Positions 29,080 to 38,545 of a stretch of 64,000 nt of DNA are shown here, in pieces. Position numbers and translations under genes: made by a program. The notes beneath the pieces are model-generated. The model was given only the letters and a program-made list of their open reading frames with translations. It was not told the DNA's origin and did no database searches. Origin of the DNA: Bacteroidota bacterium (GTDB lineage: Bacteria > Bacteroidota > Bacteroidia > Bacteroidales > VadinHA17); contig JAKPOU010000042.1 in NCBI GenBank assembly GCA_029547705.1, positions 25,271-89,270 on the forward strand, written 5' to 3'. The stretch's first letter is position 1; each line of letters begins with the position of its first letter.

Positions 29080-30378
29080 CTATGCGGGTTTCAGTATCTG
29101 AAACAGGATAAGTGATACTCCAAGGGTAAAAATAATATTGAATCCCTGGGCAATGAGGAAACTGTAAAAAGGCTTCTTGCTGTCCATTTGCTTGAAATCA
29201 GCAAACCGGGTTTCCAGACCGATGCTGATAAAGGCCAGGTTGAACCAGAATCCGCTGAATGCCTTCATTACCTTTCCTGAGGATGCTGCTGTTGACGGGC
29301 TCAGTATGAATGAGAACAGCAGGGAAGCCAGGATGAAGCCGAGTACAAATTTCGGAAAGCGTTCCCAAATAACGCTTACGGGAACACGGTTTTCATTATT
29401 CCTGCCATCCTTGTTCCTGTATGCCCAGAATATTGAGATAATGAATGCAGCCAGGCCCAGCAGCACATTCTGGGAAAACTTGACTATTGTAGCATATTTC
29501 AGTCCTGTTTCCCCTGTAATGGTACCGGCAGCCACCACCGCCCCGGTGGTATCGATGGTACCTCCGAGCCATGCACCGGTAACAATATCGGAAAGTCCCA
29601 TCCATTTTGCAATGACGGGAAGGAATATCATCATCGGAATGGCAACTATCAGCACCAGGGAAATGGTGAAAGAAAGTTTTTTCTTGTCTCCGTTGATGGC
29701 TCCTGCGGTGGCAATTGCTGCTGACACACCGCAGATTGAAACCGCACTGGCCAGCATGGTCGAAAATTCATCGTCAACCTTCAGCTTGCGGGAAATCCAG
29801 AAAGCGAAGTACCATACGCTGATAACAACAATTACTGCCTGAATGAGCCCGAATGTTCCTGCAGTCAGAATGTCCTTGAACAATATTGTTGCCCCGAGCA
29901 GGATAAGTCCTATCTTAACATAAAGCTCTGTCTGCACGCCCTGTTTCACCCATTCCGGCAGCCTGAAGAAGTTACCGATAAGCAATCCGAGAAGCAGGGA
30001 GAAAAAAACTGTTTCAAGTCCCAGGGTCTTGAAAAATGAATATGATGAAATGAATTGTGCTATCAATGCAAGCAAAAAAACCGTCAGGAATCCGGTGAGG
30101 AATTTTTTCAGTGAATCACCGCTGAGGAACATACCCAGTGCTGAGATCAGTCCAAAAACCAGAATAGTATAAATTATGGCCATTCCGGATATTCCTTCAA
30201 ACATCCCGGCAATGCCGCCGGAGGCTGTCCAGCCCGCCTTGCCTCCAAAGGAGGGTATGGCGACAGAGTATCCGGTTGCAATTACAAAAATTATCAGAAT
30301 AAAACCGGTTACAACGGATGCCCAGTCCTGTCCGATATTATATTTAGCGGCAGTATCAGATTTTTTCCCTTCAGTCAT
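29080..30378 (-). CDS. YeiH/UPF0324-family membrane protein (putative sulfate-exporter family)
   Basis: 432 aa with about 11 TM helices. Contains GAWLGGTIDTTGAVVAAG and CGVSAAIATAG. Confidence 0.7.
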   Translation of the reverse strand: MTEGKKSDTAAKYNIGQDWASVVTGFILIIFVIATGYSVAIPSFGGKAGWTASGGIAGMFEGISGMAIIYTILVFGLISALGMFLSGDSLKKFLTGFLTVFLLALIAQFISSYSFFKTLGLETVFFSLLLGLLIGNFFRLPEWVKQGVQTELYVKIGLILLGATILFKDILTAGTFGLIQAVIVVISVWYFAFWISRKLKVDDEFSTMLASAVSICGVSAAIATAGAINGDKKKLSFTISLVLIVAIPMMIFLPVIAKWMGLSDIVTGAWLGGTIDTTGAVVAAGTITGETGLKYATIVKFSQNVLLGLAAFIISIFWAYRNKDGRNNENRVPVSVIWERFPKFVLGFILASLLFSFILSPSTAASSGKVMKAFSGFWFNLAFISIGLETRFADFKQMDSKKPFYSFLIAQGFNIIFTLGVSLILFQILKPA

Positions 30379-30688
30379 TTTGTGATATTTTTGTTAGGAT
30401 TTAATTATCCCCACAAAGATTAAACCTGTTGTAAATTATTTAGTGGGCATAAAATCGTATTTTTATATACGCCTTTTCCGAAGCCGCATTTCTTAATTTC
30501 AAATACAGCATATTTAAAATCAATAAGTTGAATTCGTGATTTTTATTATAGCGGTTTTTATTCATTGTCCTGCCATCAAAAGGAGCCGGCATCAGCGAAA
30601 TAATCTTTACTTAATTTAAGCCCCTAAATTCCGGGACGGTATTCAGAATCCGGCAGCGTGAATTTTTAGAAACAAAAAACAAGCTTTT

Positions 30689-31726
30689 ATGCAGAAAAGT
30701 AAATATTTCAGATTTCTGATATCATTTGTTGCCGGTATCAGGTTCCGGCTTATCATCCTGCTGATCAGCGGGGCATTTGCCGCAGGCCATTTGTCGGGAC
30801 AGCAGACGGGAGATTTCAAACCGGGAGGCAGACCGGAGGCAAGGATCTTTACAAGTTTCAGCAGTACCTTTGAAGACGGCGAAAATCACAATAAGTTTGA
30901 TATTGCCCGAGCCTATCTGGGTTACAGTTATAATTTCTCGCAGAAGTTCAGCGGAAGGATAGTCTATGATGTTGCGGATCCGTCGGCAGGTAATCTGAAA
31001 TTTACAGGCATGCTGAAATTTGCATATCTGCGGTACCAGACAGACAGATGGACCATAACAGGCGGCATGATACCCCTGCCGGAGTATGATCAGGGCGACA
31101 GGAAGTGGGGTTTCCGCTACGTGTACAAAACCCTGCATGATGAATATGGTTTCGGTACTTCAGCTGATCTCGGACTGAGTATTGGCTACAAAATATCCCC
31201 ATTGCTGTCGGCTGATCTGACAATAATGAATGGCGAGGGTTTTAAGCTCACTGAAACTGATTCTATCCTGAAAGGTGCGGCCGGCATAACCCTTACGCCG
31301 GCGGAAAAGTTTTCACTTCGGGCTTATTATGATGTTATGGCAGGGAACAAAGGCAATCAGCATACTGCAGAGTTTATCGCAGCCTATGAAAGTAAAGAGT
31401 TGAGCCTGTCGGGAGCATATAATTTCAGGAAGAACAATAATCTGAGGGAAGGGCATAATTACCATGGCCTTTCGGTTAACGGAGCTGTATCCCTGAGTGA
31501 CAGGATACGCCTGTTCGGAAGGTTTGATCATGTTGCTTCCGTTACAGCCCTCGGCGGACTGGATTCCTGGAACCTGAAAAAGGCCGGACAGCTTGTTATT
31601 GCCGGTATGGAAATCGGACTGGCTCCCGGTGTCAGTATTGCTCCGAATTTTCAGGGATGGAGCGCGGCCGGTTCAGGCATGCCTTTTGTCTCCAGATTTT
31701 CTTTATCGCTTGATCTGAAGCTCTAG
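30689..31726 (+). CDS. Outer-membrane porin (beta-barrel)
   Basis: Signal peptide and alternating strands (ARAYLGYSYNFSQKFSGRIVYDV, LKFAYLRYQ). The C-terminus is SLSLDLKL. Confidence 0.6.
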   Translation: MQKSKYFRFLISFVAGIRFRLIILLISGAFAAGHLSGQQTGDFKPGGRPEARIFTSFSSTFEDGENHNKFDIARAYLGYSYNFSQKFSGRIVYDVADPSAGNLKFTGMLKFAYLRYQTDRWTITGGMIPLPEYDQGDRKWGFRYVYKTLHDEYGFGTSADLGLSIGYKISPLLSADLTIMNGEGFKLTETDSILKGAAGITLTPAEKFSLRAYYDVMAGNKGNQHTAEFIAAYESKELSLSGAYNFRKNNNLREGHNYHGLSVNGAVSLSDRIRLFGRFDHVASVTALGGLDSWNLKKAGQLVIAGMEIGLAPGVSIAPNFQGWSAAGSGMPFVSRFSLSLDLKL

Positions 31727-31743
31727 CTGCGGGAGGTCCGGTT

Positions 31744-33099
31744 TTATCTTCCTATTATTTTTCCTGCAATTATTTCTGCTGCCTTGATCAGGGGATAGCC
31801 TGCCGGTGAGGCGGTCAGGCAGGGGTGAGTTCCGATCTGGGAAGTAAGCAGTGAATTTATCGTCATACGGTTCTGAATAGCGAGACCAATAACGTTTGTC
31901 AGTTCCCCCGCACTCAGTCCGCCGATGACTTCACCCCCGATAATGACACCGGAATGGCGCGCGACAATCAGTTTTACGATTTGTTTCATGGCTCCGGGCA
32001 TGTTTCCCGGGTGACGGTCAATGCCTTCAAAGACACCGGTTACCGTGTCTATTCCCTCGGCTTTTGCCCTTGCTTCGGTAACTCCTGCCGTTCCGAAGCC
32101 TGTATCGCCTATTGCAGTGGAATAGATTGCAATTGTGCCACTGAAGGTTTTCACCACATTGAGGTTAAACAGGTTCATTCCTGCGATACGTCCTTCGGCA
32201 CATGCGGTTGAGGCCAGCATGGTTGACACCCTTGCGCGTGTGACAAAATCCCGCTTCTGTGCACAGTCGCCCACGGCAAAAATGTCCTTTATATGTGTCC
32301 GCATGTATTCATCGGTGGCAATAAAATTACTTTCGTCAACATATATTCCCGATTTGCGTGCAAGTTCAACATTTGGCTTGTAGCCGATTGAGAGAACCAC
32401 AGCGTCGGCATCAAAAAATTCGCCGTTTTCAAGTTCCACCTTTTCCACCTTGCTGCCTCCGTGAATCTCTTTAATCCCATTGCCTGTAATGACTTTAACG
32501 CCTCTTTGAATCAGTATCTCCTCGATTTTCTTTGATAATTCCGCATCAAAGGCAAGCATCAGGATATCAGGAAGTTTTTCCACCAGCAGGACGTCATGGC
32601 CGCTTTTTACAAGTTCATCGGCAAATTCAACACCTATGAAGCCTGCCCCGATCACCACAACCTTCTTCTGGGAAGCCAGCCTGGTTTTCATATCCTCGAG
32701 ATAAACCTTGTCTTTCGGTATGACGTACACATTTTCCTTATCGCCCCCCGTTAGCCATGCAGGTTTCACCGGTGTTGAACCCGTGGCAATGACAAGCTTG
32801 TCATATTTTATCCTTTCACCGCTGGCAAAATCAACATATTTGTTTTCAGTACTGATGAATGTTGCTTCATCCACAATGGATTCAATCCCGGCTTTCTCCA
32901 TCATCGTGTCAACCGGCATTATATTCTGGCTTACACTGCTGAGGGTGCCGAATATATAGGGTATTCCGCAGGGTACCATCATATCCTTCTGTTTCTTCAC
33001 GAGAGTGAAGCTCTTTCCCGGCCATGATGATTTTCCCGTAAGGGCAGCAACCATCCCTGCTGCACTTCCTCCAATCACTAATACATCTGTTGTTTTCAT
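31744..33099 (-). CDS. FAD-dependent pyridine nucleotide-disulfide oxidoreductase of the CoA-disulfide reductase / NADH oxidase class
   Basis: Contains VLVIGGSAAGMVAA (FAD), a single redox Cys in MVPCGIPY (compare SFANCALPY in CoADR/Nox), VVVIGAGFIGVEFA (NAD(P)H) and AVGDCA. Confidence 0.8.
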   Translation of the reverse strand: MKTTDVLVIGGSAAGMVAALTGKSSWPGKSFTLVKKQKDMMVPCGIPYIFGTLSSVSQNIMPVDTMMEKAGIESIVDEATFISTENKYVDFASGERIKYDKLVIATGSTPVKPAWLTGGDKENVYVIPKDKVYLEDMKTRLASQKKVVVIGAGFIGVEFADELVKSGHDVLLVEKLPDILMLAFDAELSKKIEEILIQRGVKVITGNGIKEIHGGSKVEKVELENGEFFDADAVVLSIGYKPNVELARKSGIYVDESNFIATDEYMRTHIKDIFAVGDCAQKRDFVTRARVSTMLASTACAEGRIAGMNLFNLNVVKTFSGTIAIYSTAIGDTGFGTAGVTEARAKAEGIDTVTGVFEGIDRHPGNMPGAMKQIVKLIVARHSGVIIGGEVIGGLSAGELTNVIGLAIQNRMTINSLLTSQIGTHPCLTASPAGYPLIKAAEIIAGKIIGR

Positions 33100-33270
33100 T
33101 TCTATATCTTATTTAATTTGTTAAACCTGAACGTTCAGCTGAATATTCTGCCTGAAAGCCGGCTGCAGGTTTTTTCCTGACCTGATTCCTTGTGTTTCAG
33201 GAATATTTGCATTGAGATGCTTCCCTGCCGTAACAGATTTTAATGTTGCTGAAATTCTTATGCAAATAAA

Positions 33271-33286
33271 ATGAACATATGTTCAT
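33271..33286. promoter_or_regulatory. Perfect 16-bp palindrome ATGAACATATGTTCAT
   Basis: Intergenic, 172 nt upstream of the oxidoreductase ATG (33099) and 41 nt downstream of the OYE stop. It contains GAAC-N4-GTTC. Confidence 0.3.
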
Positions 33287-33326
33287 TCTCCAAATTAATT
33301 TTCTTTTCTTTCCCGGATACCGGTAT

Positions 33327-34385
33327 TTATTTTGCCCGGAGATATTGTTTCTGCCAGCTGATTTCCTCCTTCCAGCTTCCGGCTGTTTTCAGCGGGAAAT
33401 ACGGGTTTCTGAGCAGCTCTCTTCCGAGCAGTATCAGATCCGCCTTATTCTCAGACAGTATGGTCTCTGCCTGTCCGGCATCAGTGATCAGGCCCACTGC
33501 AGCCGTTTTTATCCCGGTTTTTCTTATTGCCTCTGAGAACGGTACCTGATAACCCGGACTGAAGGGAATTATTGCATCAGCTACATTGCCTCCCGAGGAA
33601 CTGTCGATAAGATCCACTTCATATTCCGTCAGGATACGGGCCAGTCTTACACTTTCTTCAACATTCCAGCCGCCGTTTGTCCAGTCGGTTGCCGAGATCC
33701 GGACAAAAAGCGGATTCTCCGGCGGCCATACAGATCTTACAGCCTTAATCACTTCCAGCAACAGGCGGATTCTGTTTTCGAAGGAACCCCCGTATTCATC
33801 TGAGCGGTTATTGCTGACAGGTGAAAGAAATTCATGAAGAAGATACCCGTGAGCGCTGTGGATCTCAATTATCCTGAATCCTGTCCGGATGGCCCTTTCT
33901 GCGGCATCCCTGAATGCTGACACCACATTTTTTATTCCGTCGGTTGTGAGAGCCTCCGGAGGTCTGTCCGATTCAAGATATGGCAGATCACCCGGGGCAT
34001 ATGTCTGCCAGCCGCCCTTTTCCGGGCCAAGCTGCTTCCCGCCGTCCCAGGGAGCGGCACAGGAAGCTTTTCTGCCCGCATGTGCCAGCTGAATTCCGGA
34101 AACGGCGCCATGTTCATGAATGAACCTGACAATCCTGCTCAGCTGTGGAATATGATCATCACTCCACAGACCAAGGTCGCCAGGTGTAATCCTCCCTTCC
34201 GGCAACACCGCCGTTGCCTCCTGGATTATCAGTCCGCTTCCGCCAGCGGCCCTGCTTCCATAGTGAACAAGATGCCAGTCGTTGGCAAATCCGTCTGTTG
34301 CCGAATACTGGCACATGGGTGACATGGCGATCCGGTTACGGAGAGTTACATTTTTGATGGTTAAAGGAGATAATAGTATTGACAT
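33327..34385 (-). CDS. namA: NADH:flavin oxidoreductase / NADPH dehydrogenase (Old Yellow Enzyme, YqjM/NamA type)
   Basis: Contains LLSPLTIKNVTLRNRIAMSPMCQY, HAGRK and EIHSAHGYLLHEFLSP. Start chosen at M18 of ORF ..34436. Confidence 0.9.
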   Translation of the reverse strand: MSILLSPLTIKNVTLRNRIAMSPMCQYSATDGFANDWHLVHYGSRAAGGSGLIIQEATAVLPEGRITPGDLGLWSDDHIPQLSRIVRFIHEHGAVSGIQLAHAGRKASCAAPWDGGKQLGPEKGGWQTYAPGDLPYLESDRPPEALTTDGIKNVVSAFRDAAERAIRTGFRIIEIHSAHGYLLHEFLSPVSNNRSDEYGGSFENRIRLLLEVIKAVRSVWPPENPLFVRISATDWTNGGWNVEESVRLARILTEYEVDLIDSSSGGNVADAIIPFSPGYQVPFSEAIRKTGIKTAAVGLITDAGQAETILSENKADLILLGRELLRNPYFPLKTAGSWKEEISWQKQYLRAK

Positions 34386-34708
34386 TGTAAAAATTTTTAG
34401 GTCCTGAACAGTATAAAAACATTGGAACTTTGCCAAAAGTTCACTGGAATAATAGTAGCTGCTTCATTCCGCTAAGTATATCTGATTTGCCACATTGATC
34501 CGTTTGCTGACCACTGTCCGGATCCCTGCCGGAATTCCGCACATGCTCTCCTGGAAATCTCAGTAAATCTCAGTTATAAAAATAATTACGAAAATATACG
34601 AAACAAATTCTCCGATAATTTTCGCAAGTGCGAAAAAAGAATGAAAGTATCCCGGATACAGGAGGTTCTGTCTCGGGCAGCTCAGATTCAGGTATTCTGA
34701 AGGTATTT

Positions 34709-35515
34709 TCAGACTGACAGTGCAGCACCTATTGCCGTGGCGTATTCAGCATCAGCCGGAAATTCAAAATTGATTTTGTGTACCCGGGACACGCGTTTCA
34801 GGATATTCTGACCGATCGGATTATTGCTTCCCTTGCCGGTAACCACAACGGTATCATTATTCTTGCTTTTGGCTGCAAACACTGAAACCATGGCAATAAC
34901 CTGGTATGTAAGATTGAATATTCCCATAGCCAGATCTTCCTTTCCGGCAATATCCAGCATTTTTCCGAAGTTGGAAGCGGTGAATTCCTTATCGAGGAAG
35001 CTTATATTGGTATCCGCAATATCACCTATCAGCAGGTCAACATTGTTGATTGATCCTTTTGAGGCATATTGCATGATTGTATCGAAATCGGTTGTTCCGA
35101 GCATTATTTTTGAAAGGCCGATAATCGTACCGCCGCCGACTCCGGTTCCGCCAAGATGATTGATTTTGCTGCCGTCAACCTCTATAATGGCTGTTCCGGT
35201 TCCTATATTTGAAATTATGATCCTGTCCTTTTTTGCCAGGTATTTGCCGCCGGTTCCTATTGCCGTCATTTCCCCGACCCTGTTGGTTTTTATGCCGAAC
35301 AGATTGTCGGTGATCCTTGCGGCACCCACCCCGGTGATATTGATCTTTTTAATGCTGTCGAGGCTGAAATGATTTTCAACAATCAGTTTCCCAAATGCTC
35401 CTGTTGCCGAGGTAATGGCATCAATGGCCCTTGTTTTTATCCGGATAATCTCCTTGTCGGGCATGATTGCCGCCACCTTGGTTGTGGTGCTGCCGATGTC
35501 TATACCTATTACCAT
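34709..35515 (-). CDS. coaW: Type II pantothenate kinase
   Basis: Contains MVIGIDIGSTTTK, SNIGTGTAIIEVDG, LGGTGVGGGTIIGLSKIML, FTASNFGKML and EYATAIGAAL. These align motif for motif with staphylococcal/Bacillus type II PanK as I recall it. Confidence 0.8.
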   Translation of the reverse strand: MVIGIDIGSTTTKVAAIMPDKEIIRIKTRAIDAITSATGAFGKLIVENHFSLDSIKKINITGVGAARITDNLFGIKTNRVGEMTAIGTGGKYLAKKDRIIISNIGTGTAIIEVDGSKINHLGGTGVGGGTIIGLSKIMLGTTDFDTIMQYASKGSINNVDLLIGDIADTNISFLDKEFTASNFGKMLDIAGKEDLAMGIFNLTYQVIAMVSVFAAKSKNNDTVVVTGKGSNNPIGQNILKRVSRVHKINFEFPADAEYATAIGAALSV

Positions 35516-35531
35516 GCTTGATAAAAGCTGT

Positions 35532-35867
35532 CTATTGTTTGCTTCTGATCATGATAAGGACCATCTTGAACCTTTCGACAGCAGACAGGGAGTGGGGGAT
35601 ATTGGCAGGCATGATGACGGTATCCCCGGTTTCAAGGATATTTGAGACACCGTCGATAACTATGTCAGCCTTGCCATCAACAATATGCACCACTGCATCA
35701 AAGGGTGAAGTGTGTTCAGTCAGGCCTTCCCCCTTGTCAAAGGACATGAGACTGATATTTCCTGTCTCTTTTTTAAGTACGTGTTTGCTTACCACGGATT
35801 TTTCAGCATATGTAATACTGTCCGCGAAAGAGAACTTTTTTCCTTTTTCAAATTCGTTTTTCCCCAT
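35532..35867 (-). CDS. Cupin-domain protein
   Basis: 111 aa. The segment GEGLTEHTSPFDAVVHIVDGKADIVIDG..GDTVIMPANIPHSL is a cupin_2 pattern. Confidence 0.75.
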   Translation of the reverse strand: MGKNEFEKGKKFSFADSITYAEKSVVSKHVLKKETGNISLMSFDKGEGLTEHTSPFDAVVHIVDGKADIVIDGVSNILETGDTVIMPANIPHSLSAVERFKMVLIMIRSKQ

Positions 35868-35875
35868 AACTCCTT

Positions 35876-36052
35876 TTAGCCGTTAATTTCACTGAGGATA
35901 TCTTCAATGTCGGGAATACATCCGCCGCATACGGTACCCGCTTCTGTTTCATCCTGTACTTCCTCGACGGTCTTTAATCCCTTTTCTTTTATTGCCTTAA
36001 CAATTTCACTTTTCATTATGCCGTTACAGTGGCAGATTTCAATGTCTTCCAT
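35876..36052 (-). CDS. BFD-like [2Fe-2S]-binding domain protein (58 aa)
   Basis: Below the ORF-track length cutoff. Translation: MEDIEICHCNGIMKSEIVKAIKEKGLKTVEEVQDETEAGTVCGGCIPDIEDILSEING. The CxC...CxxC pattern is typical of Fer2_BFD. It lies 8 nt upstream of the cupin gene. Confidence 0.7.
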   Translation of the reverse strand: MEDIEICHCNGIMKSEIVKAIKEKGLKTVEEVQDETEAGTVCGGCIPDIEDILSEING

Positions 36053-36139
36053 TTTTTTCTGATTTTAAATTTATTTGCCGTTTAACAATATAAGTTCTAT
36101 AAGGTTCGCATGAAAGCAGTAAAAACAGTCCCGGGCAGT

Positions 36140-36565
36140 TTATTGCATCCGGGAATTATAATGATATTTTTCTCCCGGAGCCATCTGTATCCAGGGAAGG
36201 GCAGGATCGTTCCCCAGCCTTGTGTAGTTGAGCCAGCAGGGTTCACGGTGATCTGTGCTGTGGTTCAGTTCATTTTCATGTCCCGGTATTATCAGCCGGT
36301 CCGTTATTTTCCTGCTGAAGGCAAAGTTTTCATTTCCCGGAATACCTCTCTGGATATCAAAGCCTATTGTAACAGACGGTGTTTTAATGATGTAAGTATG
36401 ATTATAGAGCTTCCAGACCACCGCACCGGAATTTACTTCAGTACTGCTGATCTCATCAATGGCGTTTTCAATCCTGTTATGGTAAAACTGCTGAACTGCC
36501 TGACCGTTCAGAGCCAGACCGCCAGTCATCAGAATTAATAGTGCTAAAAAATAAATCTTGTTCAT
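36140..36565 (-). CDS. Hypothetical secreted protein
   Basis: Signal peptide MNKIYFLALLILMTGGLALNGQ. I recognised no domain. The antisense ORF 36110..36538 lacks any such feature. Confidence 0.4.
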   Translation of the reverse strand: MNKIYFLALLILMTGGLALNGQAVQQFYHNRIENAIDEISSTEVNSGAVVWKLYNHTYIIKTPSVTIGFDIQRGIPGNENFAFSRKITDRLIIPGHENELNHSTDHREPCWLNYTRLGNDPALPWIQMAPGEKYHYNSRMQ

Positions 36566-36873
36566 GCCGGGGTGATAAAAACGTTGCGCAAGTTATATGA
36601 TTTATCTTTTATTTACAATAAGGACTTTTTAATCCGGATTTTACCCGTCTGACACAAGTACCGGACAGACACTCCACTGGGCAAGACAGCTGGAATCAGC
36701 ACGCCCGGTTCTCCTGATTTCAACAAAATTTGAGGAATTTCCTCTCCTGTGATAGTATTTTTATTTATTATTTTTATATTGGGCCTTATAACCTGAAGCA
36801 GTATTTTAAACCTGGCAGTAAGGACTTTAACAGTGATCATTGTAATGTACTGAAAGAAAATCCCTATCAATTC

Positions 36874-37593
36874 ATGGTCACGAAGCGGGATCTGGCAATC
36901 ATTCTTCCTGTATATAATCCGCACCAGGGGTGGGAGGGAGAATTGTTATGTGCGCTGGGGAAAATTCAGGAAATATTTTCCGGCGTTGATTATCAGATAA
37001 CAATTGTCAATGATGGGTCCACTGATGGTGTTGATGATATCATCAGAAACGGAATCCTGCCAGAATACCCTGATATTAAATATCTGTGCTATCCGCGGAA
37101 TATGGGCAAGGGATTTGCAATCCGCCATGCAATGGAACGTTCAGCATCAGATTATTATATTTATTGCGACTTTGATTTTCCATTCGGCACTGATGTACTG
37201 AGAAAAATATATGAGATACTGGCAGGAGGCAGTACAAATCTTGTAATGGCATCCAGGAATTTCAATACCTTCATCAGAAGGCTTCCGTTTATCAGAAGAT
37301 TGGTATCATTGTCGCTGATCCTTATAAACTATTGTATCACGGGGTTCAGGATAAAAGACACCCAGGCAGGATTAAAAGGGCTTGACAACAGGGCAAGGAG
37401 TATTTTTCTGACAACGAAAACAAACAGCTTTGTCTTTGATCTGGAGTTTGCTCTGAAATGCTTAAAGAGTGGTATTAAATTTGGTTTTGTCAAGGTTGAT
37501 TTAAACCCTGAAATAAGATTTAACAACTTCAGTTCTGCAGTATTAAGGCGGGAACTGGTCAATTTCCTGAAAATAATTGTTGGACGGGTCTAA
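36874..37593 (+). CDS. Family 2 glycosyltransferase (DPM1/ArnC-like polyprenyl-phosphate glycosyltransferase type)
   Basis: Contains LAIILPVYNP and IVNDGSTDG, a downstream acidic motif (CDFDF) and TQAGLKG. Start chosen at M49 of ORF 36730... Confidence 0.75.
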   Translation: MVTKRDLAIILPVYNPHQGWEGELLCALGKIQEIFSGVDYQITIVNDGSTDGVDDIIRNGILPEYPDIKYLCYPRNMGKGFAIRHAMERSASDYYIYCDFDFPFGTDVLRKIYEILAGGSTNLVMASRNFNTFIRRLPFIRRLVSLSLILINYCITGFRIKDTQAGLKGLDNRARSIFLTTKTNSFVFDLEFALKCLKSGIKFGFVKVDLNPEIRFNNFSSAVLRRELVNFLKIIVGRV

Positions 37594-38368
37594 ATATATA
37601 TTGTTTACAATTGATCTGGAGGAATTTGATCTGCCGTTGGAATACGGCATAAGTCTGCCATCCGGCAGGATGATGTCCGTTACAAACAAGGGCCTTTCAA
37701 GAATATATGATTTGCTTGAAAAACATAATATACGTGCGACTTTTTTTATCACCTCAGGCTATGCAGAAGCCAATGCCGGAATGGTCAGGAAGATAGCAGA
37801 GAAACATGAAATATCTTCGCATTCACACAGTCATACGATATTTCATCCGGGCGATCCTGGAAAATCAAAAAATATACTGGAGGAGATAAGCAGGCAGAAA
37901 ATAAACGGATTTCGTATGCCCAGGATGGCAAAAACCGATTTGAATGAACTGAAGCAATATGGTTACAGTTATGATGCATCTGTCAATCCTACCCTGGTTC
38001 CCTTCAGGTACAACATGCTTTCAAGTCCCCGTACTCTGTTCAGGGATAAAGCTACCGGTCTGCCGGTTGTCCCCGTGTCTGTTAGTCCGGTAATAAGATT
38101 CCCGCTCTTCTGGCTTAGTTTTAAAAATCTCCCCTTCGGCATATTTGCTTTCCTGTGCAAGCGGACACTCGACAAGGATAAATACCTGCACCTTTACTTC
38201 CATTCATGGGAATTTGCGGATATCCGTCACTTTAGAATTCCTTTCTATATCAGAAGAAAAGACGGGGATCAGTTAACAAATCTGATGGAAAGGCTTCTTT
38301 TAAGTCTGAAGAGGCAGGGAGAATTTATTGGAATTACCGAATTCCTGCAAATCAGAAAAATGATTTAA
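37577..38368 (+). CDS. Polysaccharide deacetylase family protein (NodB/DUF3473-like)
   Basis: Contains YILFTIDLEEFDLP, ATFFITSGYA, SHSHSH and FRMPR. The only start that keeps the catalytic N-terminus is TTG at 37577, which overlaps the GT2 gene end by 17 nt. Confidence 0.7.
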   Translation: MLDGSKYILFTIDLEEFDLPLEYGISLPSGRMMSVTNKGLSRIYDLLEKHNIRATFFITSGYAEANAGMVRKIAEKHEISSHSHSHTIFHPGDPGKSKNILEEISRQKINGFRMPRMAKTDLNELKQYGYSYDASVNPTLVPFRYNMLSSPRTLFRDKATGLPVVPVSVSPVIRFPLFWLSFKNLPFGIFAFLCKRTLDKDKYLHLYFHSWEFADIRHFRIPFYIRRKDGDQLTNLMERLLLSLKRQGEFIGITEFLQIRKMI

Positions 38369-38545
38369 ACCTGTTAATATAAAGCCGTAATCGGAGGGAA
38401 AACACATTTCCGTGTCACTCAGTACGGGATAATTGTCCTGTTTCACCCGTGGATCCGGTAACCCTTAAAACCAGGCCCGACAGATTTTCTCCTGGCGGAA
38501 AAATATTAGTTTTGAAAAATATTAAAAATAAACAAGATCAGTAAA

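Noticed and set aside
36613-36924. A 103-aa minus-strand ORF, and the 5' extension of the GT2 ORF (36730-36873).
   Set aside because: Both lie in the AT-rich spacer upstream of the GT2 catalytic start (LAIILPVYNP follows M49). The translations are Ile/Lys/Tyr-rich with no features.
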